A stretch of 32,000 nucleotides of DNA from Prochlorococcus marinus subsp. pastoris str. CCMP1986 (GTDB lineage: Bacteria > Cyanobacteriota > Cyanobacteriia > PCC-6307 > Cyanobiaceae): the NCBI RefSeq assembly GCF_000011465.1, contig NC_005072.1, positions 1,500,001 to 1,532,000 of the forward strand, read 5' to 3'. Under the pieces are notes generated by a model. That model searched no databases and was not told the DNA's origin. It worked only from the letters and a program-made list of their open reading frames with translations. Shown one piece after another: positions 8,995 to 18,176 of this stretch; the stretch's first letter is position 1, and every line of letters starts with the position of its first letter. Both the position numbers and the translations under genes were made by a program.

Positions 8995-10362
8995 TTAAAT
9001 ATGATCTATATCTGCAATTGGGAAAAATACTGTCAAGCCAGTATCCCTTCTTTGTGTAACGTGACCTCCTAAACTCGCTAATAATTTTTGAGTTGCAACT
9101 TGACTTAATTGTAAACTTCCTGTTTGAGGATTCCAATTTAATACTGGACCAATATCAGAACCATTTTCTGTATTGAAAATTTCGTTTTTACCCGTATCAA
9201 ATTTTTTTACTTTTAATTGAAGTTTTAATTTTTGTCCCGCGGGCCTTAACTCTAAGATTAAAGTACTACCTTCTCTTAATCCTCTGGTATTTTTATCGAT
9301 TAGCCCTCTTAACATTAATTCTAGTTTTTCAGAATCACTCAAAATTTCGGGAAGTTGTTTAGGTATATCAGTTTCTATTGAAATCCCACGTCGCTTTAAT
9401 TGTTTACTCCAAACAGGTGATAATTTATAAAGAATTTCCCCTAAATTTATTCTTGCCAACTGATTGGGGGGGGAGTTATCGTTACTTACAAGTTCCGCAG
9501 CATTGAAAATAAGACCAAATCTATCTATTTGCTCATTACACTCATTATCAATTTGAATTAAACGGTTTCTCATTGATTCGTCCATATTATATTTCCTGAG
9601 AGTAGAGCTTATTAAAGTCCTTATAGTTGCTAAAGGAGTTCTGACTTCATGAGAAATTGCTTGTAATAACTTTGCCTCCGTTAATTGATCATTTTTATCA
9701 TCATTTTTAACTGCATTCTGAACACTTAATTTAGGAATTAAATTTGCCAACTTAATTGATAAACTGGGCCAAAAACTCTTGTCAAATTCATTATTAATAT
9801 TAAGATCTCCTAAATTTTTAATTGCATTACGAAAATTAATTGCCTCTTCAAAATTTTCTTGATTCAATTTTGCATCAATCAATTCAATTGCAGTTTTTAG
9901 GCTACTTTCATCGCATCTCATAAGTAAAGTTCTCTCGTCTTTTTCTCCTGCAATTGTTAAAAGACATTGAAAATTAGTAGTAATAATTATTAAAAAAGGT
10001 TCATAACCATCTTTAGTATTTAAATTTAAGACTTTGTAATTCCTAACAAAATTACTGTCTTCTTTAATTTTTATGGAATGATCTACTGGTAGGAAACCAG
10101 CATTATCCATCTGAAAATATGGAAAACCTTCTGGAGACCATAACCAACCTTGCATTTTTGCAAGACATTTTTTATCTGTGAGAGCAGGCAAAGGAGAAGC
10201 TACCCAAAATCCTCCTTCTTGAGTGTGGGAGAGGAACTCTTTTTGAATAACTTCTAAAGAAGCCCACCACATCCGTCTAGAAGTTTCATCATCAACATAT
10301 GAGGTATTTAATCCTTGCAGAAGTAAATCTTGAATTTTTTTTATAGTTATCAGAGATTTCAT
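8995..10362 (-). CDS. Sensor histidine kinase-like protein with HisKA H-box and divergent ATPase domain
   Basis: 455 aa; H-box LLQAISHEVRTPLATIRTL. The C-terminal end ...LQLSQVATQKLLASLGGHVTQRRDTGLTVFFPI resembles the end of a HATPase_c domain. Confidence 0.75.
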   Translation of the reverse strand: MKSLITIKKIQDLLLQGLNTSYVDDETSRRMWWASLEVIQKEFLSHTQEGGFWVASPLPALTDKKCLAKMQGWLWSPEGFPYFQMDNAGFLPVDHSIKIKEDSNFVRNYKVLNLNTKDGYEPFLIIITTNFQCLLTIAGEKDERTLLMRCDESSLKTAIELIDAKLNQENFEEAINFRNAIKNLGDLNINNEFDKSFWPSLSIKLANLIPKLSVQNAVKNDDKNDQLTEAKLLQAISHEVRTPLATIRTLISSTLRKYNMDESMRNRLIQIDNECNEQIDRFGLIFNAAELVSNDNSPPNQLARINLGEILYKLSPVWSKQLKRRGISIETDIPKQLPEILSDSEKLELMLRGLIDKNTRGLREGSTLILELRPAGQKLKLQLKVKKFDTGKNEIFNTENGSDIGPVLNWNPQTGSLQLSQVATQKLLASLGGHVTQRRDTGLTVFFPIADIDHI

Positions 10363-11630
10363 TGATTTCTTAATGATCTAGAGCGATTTAAAGTAGATAA
10401 TGCCAGACCAATGCATATAAAGTTAATCAATAAAGAAGTCCTACCATAACTCATAAAAGGTAGCGGAATGCCAGTTACTGGACCTAATCCAATAGTCATG
10501 AATAAGTTAATAATGATCTGAAATAAAAATGTTGACGCTATTCCAATAATTATTAATGACTCAAAAGGAGTTCTGGCATTTTCAGATACCTTTACAAGAC
10601 GACCAATCAAAACAAAAAACAAAAAAAGAACCAGAATGCATCCTAAAAAACCTAATTCTTCCCCTAACGCACTAAAGATAAAATCTGTATGTTGTTCAGG
10701 TATAAATTGTAAATTTGTAAGTTTACCATTTAATAAACCAGTCCCAAGAAGACCTCCAGAACCTATTGCTATTTTACTTTGCAATAAATGATATCCTCCT
10801 CCTAAAGGGTCCCTACTAGGATCTAGGAACAGAACTAATCTATCTTTTTGATAATCTTTTAAGCCAAATTCCCAAATAAAAGGTGTCAACTTTATAACTA
10901 ATGAATGAAGAGCTAATGTAAACATCGAGAAGATGATTTTCTTTTGCGAGGACCTATAGGCTAAGTAACCCATAAAAGGAAGCCAGACAATAAGCAAGTT
11001 TGGAGAAATTAAATAAAATAGAGAGGTAAAAATACAACAAACCAAAATGAGAAACCATTCTATCGGCATTTGGGACCAATAAAGCATTCCAAAAGTCAAT
11101 ACTATTAAAACTAGAGAAGTCCCTAAATCAGGTTGAAAAAATATTAATAACCAGGGAATGACTACAATTAAAAAAGGTAATATTAGATCTTTTATCGAAG
11201 AAATAGACTTCCTTTCTAGAACTAAAGCAAGAGTTAATATAGTACTCAATTTCGCGACTTCAGAAGGTTGAAAAGAAAAAATCCCCAAGCTCAACCATCT
11301 TTGAGCACCATAAATTGAAATCCCAAAAAAATAGATGAAAATTAATGAAAGTAAAGAGCAAAAATAGAATGGAATCAAATATTTTTTAATTCTCTCTATT
11401 GGTATATATGAAATAAAAATAGCTAAAAAATATCCTAATAAGCCTGTGAAAAGATGATTTAAAAAATCTGATTGTAAAAATTCTCTTTGTACACTTTTTA
11501 TTAAAATACTTGAAATAAAAACTAACGCTAAAGGGATAACTAGTAAAGGTGAAAAAATAATTTTTCGATTAATTTTATGTTTTTTTTCAAAAAATCTCTT
11601 TTTCTTTTTTAAAGAAATTTCCTTAAACAT
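10359..11630 (-). CDS. rodA: Rod shape-determining protein RodA (FtsW/RodA/SpoVE family)
   Basis: 423 aa multi-TM; GAQRWLSLGIFSFQPSEVAKL, FQPDLGTSLVL, QSKIAIGSGGLLGTGLLNG, FIPEQHTDFIFSALGEELGF, GLPL/GIPLPFMSYGRTSL-type end. Confidence 0.93.
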   Translation of the reverse strand: MFKEISLKKKKRFFEKKHKINRKIIFSPLLVIPLALVFISSILIKSVQREFLQSDFLNHLFTGLLGYFLAIFISYIPIERIKKYLIPFYFCSLLSLIFIYFFGISIYGAQRWLSLGIFSFQPSEVAKLSTILTLALVLERKSISSIKDLILPFLIVVIPWLLIFFQPDLGTSLVLIVLTFGMLYWSQMPIEWFLILVCCIFTSLFYLISPNLLIVWLPFMGYLAYRSSQKKIIFSMFTLALHSLVIKLTPFIWEFGLKDYQKDRLVLFLDPSRDPLGGGYHLLQSKIAIGSGGLLGTGLLNGKLTNLQFIPEQHTDFIFSALGEELGFLGCILVLFLFFVLIGRLVKVSENARTPFESLIIIGIASTFLFQIIINLFMTIGLGPVTGIPLPFMSYGRTSLLINFICIGLALSTLNRSRSLRNQ

Positions 11631-11635
11631 TAATA

Positions 11636-12706
11636 CTAATTAATAAATTGTTTTTTAATCAATTGAGCTAACTCTTTAAATCTAATTGAACTTTCTTTAT
11701 CTGGTTCACTTATTGAAATTGGAACACCCTTATTACTATCATTGACAAGTTCTATTTCGATAGGAATTTGAGCAAGTAATGGTAAATTATTTTCCCCAGC
11801 TAAGATTTTCCCGCCACCTTTACCAAAAATTTCATATTTTTTATTAGGCATATCTGGTGGAATAAAAACAGACATATTTTCTACAACACCCAATAGTGGA
11901 ACACCAAGTTGCTTAAACATTGCCAACCCTCTTCTTGCATCTTGCAAAGATACCTTTTGAGGCGTCGTTACAACAATTGCACCAGAAATAGGAACAGATT
12001 GAGATAAAGATATTTGAGCATCTCCTGTACCTGGAGGTAAGTCAATAACTAAGAAGTCAAGATTATTCCATTCAACTTGATAAAGAAATTGCTTTATTAT
12101 GCTATTTAACATTGGTCCTCTCCATATTACTGGTTGTCCTTCTTCTATCAAAAAACCCATTGAGACTAATGAGATACCATATTTATTAATTGGAATTAAT
12201 CTTTGATCATTACCGCTACCATCAGTTACTTTTGGATTTTCTTCGGTAACTCCCAGCATTGAAGGAGTATTAGGCCCATAAATATCAGCATCTAATAAAC
12301 CAGTTTTTAAACCTAATTTAGCTAACGAGCATGCGATATTAACTGCAATTGTACTTTTACCGACACCCCCCTTACCACTACTTATAGCGATAATATGTTT
12401 TATGCCTTTAATGTTCTTCAACTCAGGAAAATTATTTTCGCTTGTAGAATTCGATTGAGATACTTTATTGTCAATTTCTATTTGTACATCATTAACATCC
12501 TCAAATTTAAGGAGTATATTTTTAACCTCTTTTACTATTCGCTCTCTCTGAGAATTTGCAAATGAAGGTAAGGATAGTGTGATTATTATTCTGGGTAAAA
12601 TTACTCTAACATTCTTAATCCAGGCAAGTTCAATAAGATTTTTCTTTGATCCAGAATCTAGAATCTTTGATAATGAATAATTCGCATCTTCGACTGTAGT
12701 CATCAA
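11636..12706 (-). CDS. mrp: Mrp/ApbC/NBP35 family P-loop ATPase (Fe-S cluster carrier)
   Basis: 356 aa; ISSGKGGVGKSTIAVNIACSLA, LLDADIYGPNTPSMLG, DFLVIDLPPGTGDAQISLSQ, GVVENMS, plus N-terminal DUF59-like region. Confidence 0.94.
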   Translation of the reverse strand: MMTTVEDANYSLSKILDSGSKKNLIELAWIKNVRVILPRIIITLSLPSFANSQRERIVKEVKNILLKFEDVNDVQIEIDNKVSQSNSTSENNFPELKNIKGIKHIIAISSGKGGVGKSTIAVNIACSLAKLGLKTGLLDADIYGPNTPSMLGVTEENPKVTDGSGNDQRLIPINKYGISLVSMGFLIEEGQPVIWRGPMLNSIIKQFLYQVEWNNLDFLVIDLPPGTGDAQISLSQSVPISGAIVVTTPQKVSLQDARRGLAMFKQLGVPLLGVVENMSVFIPPDMPNKKYEIFGKGGGKILAGENNLPLLAQIPIEIELVNDSNKGVPISISEPDKESSIRFKELAQLIKKQFIN

Positions 12707-12864
12707 AATTTTTAAATGTTTTTATAGGTTAGTCGACTCTTTAAAAGATTAAGAACTATGTCGAACTATCGAATAATAAGAAATTACCACCCCCTTAAAC
12801 GAAATTATAAAGGGAAACTACTAATTAACCAAAAATTTTATTCTTCAAATATCAAGTTAAATAA

Positions 12865-13893
12865 ATGTCTAAAGAACCACCTAAGAATTCAAGAGAAAAA
12901 ACGAAGAATCTCTTACTCAAGTTACAAGATAATATTTGCAAAGGCCTGGAAAATATTGATGGAAAAGCTAAATTTACTGAAGAATCTTGGCTCAGAGAAG
13001 AAGGTGGAGGGGGAAAGTCAAGAGTTTTAAAAAACGGCTCAATTTTTGAGCAAGCTGGAGTGAATTTCTCAGAAGTACATGGGAAAGAACTACCTCAATC
13101 GATAATCTCACAAAGACCGGAAGCTAAAGGCCATAAATGGTTTGCTACGGGCACTTCGATGGTCTTACACCCTAAAAATCCATTTATACCTACAGTACAT
13201 CTTAATTATCGTTATTTTGAAGCAGGACCAGTTTGGTGGTTTGGTGGAGGTGCAGACCTAACGCCATATTATCCATATTTAACTGACGTAAGAAATTTTC
13301 ATAAAGAACATTGTAATGCCTGTGAAAAAGTGAATAAAAATCTCCACAAGGTATTTAAGCCATGGTGTGATGAATATTTCTTTTTAAAACATAGAAATGA
13401 ATCTAGAGGTATTGGAGGCATCTTTTATGATTATCAAGATGGTTCTGGCAGAATTTATAAAGGTAATAATAAAGAGAGTAAGGCCTACAAAGAATCTATT
13501 AATATTGGAGAATTAAACTTAAATTGGAATAATTTATTTTCATTAGCAGAAAATTGCGGTGGAGCATTCTTAGATTCGTATCAGCCAATAATTGAAAAGA
13601 GAGTTAACCAAAACTACACAAAAGAGCAGAGAGAATTTCAACTATATAGACGAGGAAGATACGTTGAATTCAATTTGGTTTGGGACAGAGGAACAATTTT
13701 TGGATTACAAACAAATGGTAGAACTGAATCTATATTAATGTCATTACCACCATTGGCTAGATGGGAATATGGGTATAAAGCCAAAAAAGGCTCAAGAGAA
13801 GATTATCTTACAAAAATTTTCACAAAACCTCAGGATTGGCAAAATGATAAAATTTTAGAAAAATTTTGTAAGGAAAATAATATTTTTGATTAA
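12865..13893 (+). CDS. hemF: Coproporphyrinogen III oxidase, oxygen-dependent
   Basis: 342 aa; [93 protein letters not shown]. Confidence 0.97.
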   Translation: MSKEPPKNSREKTKNLLLKLQDNICKGLENIDGKAKFTEESWLREEGGGGKSRVLKNGSIFEQAGVNFSEVHGKELPQSIISQRPEAKGHKWFATGTSMVLHPKNPFIPTVHLNYRYFEAGPVWWFGGGADLTPYYPYLTDVRNFHKEHCNACEKVNKNLHKVFKPWCDEYFFLKHRNESRGIGGIFYDYQDGSGRIYKGNNKESKAYKESINIGELNLNWNNLFSLAENCGGAFLDSYQPIIEKRVNQNYTKEQREFQLYRRGRYVEFNLVWDRGTIFGLQTNGRTESILMSLPPLARWEYGYKAKKGSREDYLTKIFTKPQDWQNDKILEKFCKENNIFD

Positions 13894-13922
13894 ATTGCTT
13901 GAAACCAATTAAGAAAATTTGA

Positions 13923-14483
13923 CTAAATTGGTGTTTTGAACAAAGAACCATCACTTTTTAATTTGAGCCTATCTCTTAATTCATTTTCTAAAGATATTAA
14001 TTCATCTCTATGAGCTCTTAATCTTATTAACGTCATTTCTTCATTATCTTCACTACTTATCAATCTCAATTCAAATTTTTCTTCCCTAGCTGATTTCCTA
14101 AAATAAATCATTCCTGATAAAGGTCCTCCAATTAGACCTAAAAGAATAGGCCACCATCCCAAAGTTGGATAAATTTGAATAATTACTAACCCTAGAGCAC
14201 AGGATCCTAACCCACCAAGCAAACCTAAAAAAATTGCTAAAAATTTGCTAGATACAACTTGGCCTTTAAATATTAAAATTCTTTGATCAAAATCTCCACC
14301 TGTCTGGTTCCAACCTCTTAGATTAAGCCATTCGTACATAACTTTTAAAACTTCTATAGGTTTTTGACAGGAAGTTATTTCAACTATTGTCGTTCTATCT
14401 TTACTTGAAGCTCTTAGGAAAAAAAATAAACCTATTGCAAGAAGAATTGTAAGTAATAATGTTGAATTAAGAGAATAAGTCAT
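13923..14483 (-). CDS. Probable cofactor assembly of complex C subunit B (CCB/DUF2930-like) membrane protein
   Basis: 186 aa; N-terminal TM followed by a TM pair (LAIFLGLLGGLGSCALGLVIIQIYP TLGWWPILLGLIGGPLSGMIYF). Family assignment from general resemblance only. Confidence 0.55.
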   Translation of the reverse strand: MTYSLNSTLLLTILLAIGLFFFLRASSKDRTTIVEITSCQKPIEVLKVMYEWLNLRGWNQTGGDFDQRILIFKGQVVSSKFLAIFLGLLGGLGSCALGLVIIQIYPTLGWWPILLGLIGGPLSGMIYFRKSAREEKFELRLISSEDNEEMTLIRLRAHRDELISLENELRDRLKLKSDGSLFKTPI

Positions 14484-14651
14484 TTATACACATCTAATAA
14501 TATTCACTATTTTGTCTAATAAGAAATTCATCATAATATAAATTTAAATTTTTTATGATTAAAAATTTACTTTAAATCCTTAGAAAAAATTTAATCACAA
14601 ACTTAAAAAATAATGTAAAGTAAAAATTGAAATAAATTATCGTTAATACTT

Positions 14652-15293
14652 ATGAATAATGGTGAAAAAAATAAAAAAATAAATTTTTCCCATAATGATA
14701 TTAATACTGATTTATATAATCTTTACAAGGACTCATCTTATTTAGCTGTAGATACTGAGGCAATGGGATTGATCCATGGAAGAGATAGGCTTTGTTTAAT
14801 ACAAATATGTAATGAATTAAATTTGACTGCATGCATAAAAATAGAACTTAACAACTCAGATTCACCCAATATAAAAAAATTATTTGAAGATAAAAACATA
14901 ATGAAAATATTTCATTATGCCAGATTTGATGTGGCAGCTCTAAGATGTAATCTTGAAATTAATACAAGAAATATTTTCTGTACAAAAATAGCCAGTAAAT
15001 TAGCAAGGACTTACACAAATAAACATGGCTTAAAAGATTTAATCAATGAATTACTAGAAGTAGAATTAGATAAAAGTTCGCAAAGTAGTGATTGGGGAAG
15101 CTTGGAAGATTTATCTAATAAGCAAATTGATTATGCTGCCAACGACGTTAGATATTTAATTGAGACAATGCACAAATTAAAGCTGATTCTTGATAGAGAA
15201 GGAAGATATGAGTTGGCTCAAAAATGTTTTAAGACTATTCCAGTTCATTCTGAATTAGATATATTAAAATTCTCGAATATATTTGAACATTAA
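14652..15293 (+). CDS. rnd: 3'-5' exonuclease, ribonuclease D-like
   Basis: 213 aa; LAVDTEAMGLIHGRDRLCLIQI, IFHYARFDVAAL, FCTKIASKLARTYTNKHGLKDL, SSDWGSLEDLSNKQIDYAANDVRYL (DEDD exonuclease motifs). Confidence 0.9.
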   Translation: MNNGEKNKKINFSHNDINTDLYNLYKDSSYLAVDTEAMGLIHGRDRLCLIQICNELNLTACIKIELNNSDSPNIKKLFEDKNIMKIFHYARFDVAALRCNLEINTRNIFCTKIASKLARTYTNKHGLKDLINELLEVELDKSSQSSDWGSLEDLSNKQIDYAANDVRYLIETMHKLKLILDREGRYELAQKCFKTIPVHSELDILKFSNIFEH

Positions 15294-15560
15294 TTAATCT
15301 TCAGTTATAAAATTATCCTCATTTTCTAGAGTCGACATAAGTTTATCTAGTATTTTAGATGAACTTAGTTTTTTTCTATTATCATTTTCACATGTTTTCA
15401 AAAGATCTTGTGCAACTTGTCTTTTTTCTTCAATAGTTTTAGAACCTTTTTTTGCAATTTGAATTTCTACTTTTTTTTTGGCTGAGGACAAACTTACACT
15501 GAGTAACTTAGCTATCTCAGAGCATATTGCTATATATTGACGATCATTAATAGGATACAT
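15294..15560 (-). CDS. Conserved hypothetical protein (88 aa)
   Basis: Complete ORF fitting tightly between rnd and the next gene; helical, Lys/Glu-rich. Confidence 0.6.
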   Translation of the reverse strand: MYPINDRQYIAICSEIAKLLSVSLSSAKKKVEIQIAKKGSKTIEEKRQVAQDLLKTCENDNRKKLSSSKILDKLMSTLENEDNFITED

Positions 15561-15593
15561 AAAAATTTATAAAACCTTTTAAATATTACTTGA

Positions 15594-16856
15594 TCAAGTT
15601 AACAAATTTAAATTTATATGATCCACAATTTTTTTACTAGCCCCCCTTTTACCCATTCTTTTCATTCCGATTTTTACTTGTTTTAATCTGTAATCTTTTT
15701 TATTTAGTAAAACCTCTAAATTATCAATAAGAGTTTTTTTATTATCACAAACTAATACACTTCCTCCTAATAATCTAGACTGTCTTTTTGCAAATGATTT
15801 TGTGAATTGAGGGCCAGCGCCTGGAATAGAAATAGAGGGTATACCAAGGCCAGTTATTTGTTCTGTAGCAGTGCCTGCATTTGACAATCCAACACAGGCC
15901 ATATTAGCCCACTGATTAAAAGTACTTTTGCCTAACAAAATATATTTATCTTTATTTTTCCAAACTGAATCTTCACCAACCAAAAAATTCACATTATTTT
16001 CTTCCAAATAACCATTATGAGATAGGTGACGCTTAATCGTAAAAACATTTGCATTAATACTTAGAGGCAAAAGAATAATCAAATCATTTGATATTTTTAC
16101 ATCTTCTAAACATTTTAAAAAAATATCAAGATTATTTAGAGCCTCAGGGAATCGACTTCCTATTATTAAAATTAACCTATTAAACATAATAATATTAGAA
16201 ATATTTTCATTTTTTGTATCTACAAAATCCATCATTGGGTTCCCAAAATATTTAGCACTAATCTTTTTTTTATTTAAATTATTTGCTGTAATTTCATCTC
16301 TCATTATTAAACTTTTACATCTAGGAGACCTCATTATAAAAATTTCCCAAGGGTCCCATTCAGAGCCTTTAATTTTATGATAAAAATCACTCAATGCCCA
16401 TCCAGGTCCGTTACTCCATGTATGATCACTTTTAGGCATGCCGAGAAAACTAAATTCGCATTTTGAGATCCACGCAAAAAATAAAGGCAACAAATCACCC
16501 ACGGCAATAATTTTATAATTATCTTTTGACTTGCCTCTTACAATTAAAAAGTTTTTAAAAGCATCTACTAAAAACCCTGCAAAAAAATCAAGAATAAATC
16601 CTTTTAAGCTTTGATTACTAAAACCTCCGCTTGGTAATTCCTTGAGATAACCAATTTTGCTAAAATTCTTGGATTTTATGCAGTCAAAAATCTTACCATT
16701 GCCAACCAATGGCATAACTTCAACTTTTTTAATTTTTATTTTTTTTAAGAATCTTTTTATTATTTCTAATGCGATAACATCTTCCCCATGTCCATTACAT
16801 ATAATTAATACAGAATGAGACGCGATACTGGTAGGATCATTATGTGATTGAATCAT
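15594..16856 (-). CDS. LpxB/lipid-A-disaccharide synthase-related protein (TIGR03492-like), start revised to internal Met
   Basis: Protein from MIQSHNDPTSIASHSVLIICNGHGEDVIAL...; GLSNAGTATEQITGLGIPSISIPGAGPQF is a glycosyltransferase-like nucleotide-binding region. The track ORF start at 17012 is rejected because it reads antisense through tRNA-Cys. Confidence 0.8.
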   Translation of the reverse strand: MIQSHNDPTSIASHSVLIICNGHGEDVIALEIIKRFLKKIKIKKVEVMPLVGNGKIFDCIKSKNFSKIGYLKELPSGGFSNQSLKGFILDFFAGFLVDAFKNFLIVRGKSKDNYKIIAVGDLLPLFFAWISKCEFSFLGMPKSDHTWSNGPGWALSDFYHKIKGSEWDPWEIFIMRSPRCKSLIMRDEITANNLNKKKISAKYFGNPMMDFVDTKNENISNIIMFNRLILIIGSRFPEALNNLDIFLKCLEDVKISNDLIILLPLSINANVFTIKRHLSHNGYLEENNVNFLVGEDSVWKNKDKYILLGKSTFNQWANMACVGLSNAGTATEQITGLGIPSISIPGAGPQFTKSFAKRQSRLLGGSVLVCDNKKTLIDNLEVLLNKKDYRLKQVKIGMKRMGKRGASKKIVDHINLNLLT

Positions 16857-16865
16857 TTCTCTATC

Positions 16866-16936
16866 GGCGGCATGGCCAAGTGGTAAGGCAGAGGATTGCA
16901 AATCCTTTATCCCCAGTTCGAATCTGGGTGCCGCCT
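16866..16936 (+). tRNA. tRNA-Cys (anticodon GCA)
   Basis: Acceptor GGCGGCA/TGCCGCC, anticodon loop TTGCAAA flanked by GAGGA/TCCTT, T arm CCCAG-TTCGAAT-CTGGG, U73 discriminator. Confidence 0.95.
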
Positions 16937-17081
16937 TTTTCAAATCAGTGATAATATCCGCTATAAAGCTTTCAAAGAAATGAAGTTTTTCGTAGCGATT
17001 TTCGTATTTCAATTTCTTCAGGCTGAATTTTATGGAAGATAAGTTACTTGATAAATTATCGGGTTTTATGAACCTATTTTT

Positions 17082-17103
17082 ATTATCCCATTATTATCCC
17101 ATT
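17082..17103. repeat. Perfect 11-bp tandem duplication (ATTATCCCATT x2)
   Basis: 17082-17092 is identical to 17093-17103. Confidence 0.8.
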
Positions 17104-17249
17104 GAGAAAGCTATCAAGTCATAAAGAAATATCGACTGTAGATTCTAGGATAATAAAAGTATTATTTTTTTATTCTTTCAGAAGATGATTAAAAAATTAA
17201 ATAAGCTAAAAAAGAGAATCTAGTAATCATTTTTTTTACATTAATCTTT

Positions 17250-17411
17250 CTAATAGTCATTATCCGCAACACATATACCTAAACAACGTATACCATTCGA
17301 AGCAGTCCTTTTACAGTGATTACACAAAATCTTTTCTTTATCTAAAGAAACTCGAGATTCTTTTTTGGTTTTATCACTTATCGAGTTATGGTTAAGCTCA
17401 CAAGCTTCCAT
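17250..17411 (-). CDS. Small Cys-rich conserved hypothetical protein (53 aa)
   Basis: From internal Met MEACELNHNSISD...; C-terminus CNHCKRTASNGIRCLGICVADNDY (C-x2-C-x9-C-x3-C). Using this Met removes the overlap with the upstream gene. Confidence 0.65.
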   Translation of the reverse strand: MEACELNHNSISDKTKKESRVSLDKEKILCNHCKRTASNGIRCLGICVADNDY

Positions 17412-17427
17412 TATCTTATATTTGTTT

Positions 17428-18042
17428 TTAATCGATATTAACAACAAAAGAAGGATTAGCGTTAGAAGAGGGTATATCCATAATTTTTACAGATTCTTTG
17501 GGTTCATCAATAACTTCGCTTTCCTTAGGTTTCTCATCTACTGCGCAAGCCTCAAGTGCTTCTCTAAGAAGCGAATCAAAAGTTGCCCCAGGTAATCTAT
17601 GTCTTGCAACCTCAAGAAAAGTTCTTGGTAATGATTCAGAAGCAGCATCTCTTAAGGCAGGATTATTTTTTCTATGGTCTTGCTCTTCTTCTATTGATTT
17701 GATAAATCTCAGTGTTACATCTCTTTTAGTAGAGGCTTTTATCAAAGTATCATTTTCAGAATTTGTAGAACCTGAGTCATTCTCAATATCACTTAGCCTT
17801 TTCTCAAGACTATTTAAAACCTCATTAGCTTCTTTACTTATATGAGCTAATTGTCCGTCAGATAGATTTGGTAAATCAGCAACAAAAACCTTTCCATGAT
17901 CCCTTAAACTTAAAAAAGTTGGACGGGGGCCTTGATTTTGACGCCCGTTAAAATCTGAATTATTACCTATTGGTCTTTTAGGAGGTGTAGGTCCAGCTGA
18001 GCTACGTCTACGTGTAATTCTTTGATTATTTTCAAAGGGCAT
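17428..18042 (-). CDS. Conserved hypothetical protein (204 aa) with basic/Pro-rich N-terminus
   Basis: Complete ORF: MPFENNQRITRRRSSAGPTPPKRPIG... then a helical core ending RTFLEVARHRLPGATFDSLLREALEAC. Confidence 0.75.
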   Translation of the reverse strand: MPFENNQRITRRRSSAGPTPPKRPIGNNSDFNGRQNQGPRPTFLSLRDHGKVFVADLPNLSDGQLAHISKEANEVLNSLEKRLSDIENDSGSTNSENDTLIKASTKRDVTLRFIKSIEEEQDHRKNNPALRDAASESLPRTFLEVARHRLPGATFDSLLREALEACAVDEKPKESEVIDEPKESVKIMDIPSSNANPSFVVNID

Positions 18043-18176
18043 TGAATTAAAGTTAAATCTACTTACTTAAATTTCCGATATAATTCGGCTGTAGTTTTAT
18101 TATATTACACCTAACTTTTTCATTTGTGTAGATAAATTTAATTTGTAATTTCTCAAAAAAATTTTATTCAGACGAT

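Noticed and set aside
12758-13030. 90-aa plus-strand ORF
   Set aside because: It overlaps the start of hemF in a different frame, is Lys/Asn-rich and low complexity, and has no recognisable motif.
16857-17012. N-terminal 52-codon extension of the LpxB-like ORF in the track
   Set aside because: It reads antisense through the whole tRNA-Cys gene. A good Met at 16856 directly precedes the conserved VLIICNGHGED region.
17498-17845. 115-aa plus-strand ORF
   Set aside because: Ser-rich mirror of the 204-aa hypothetical gene. The opposite frame has the better composition and spacing.
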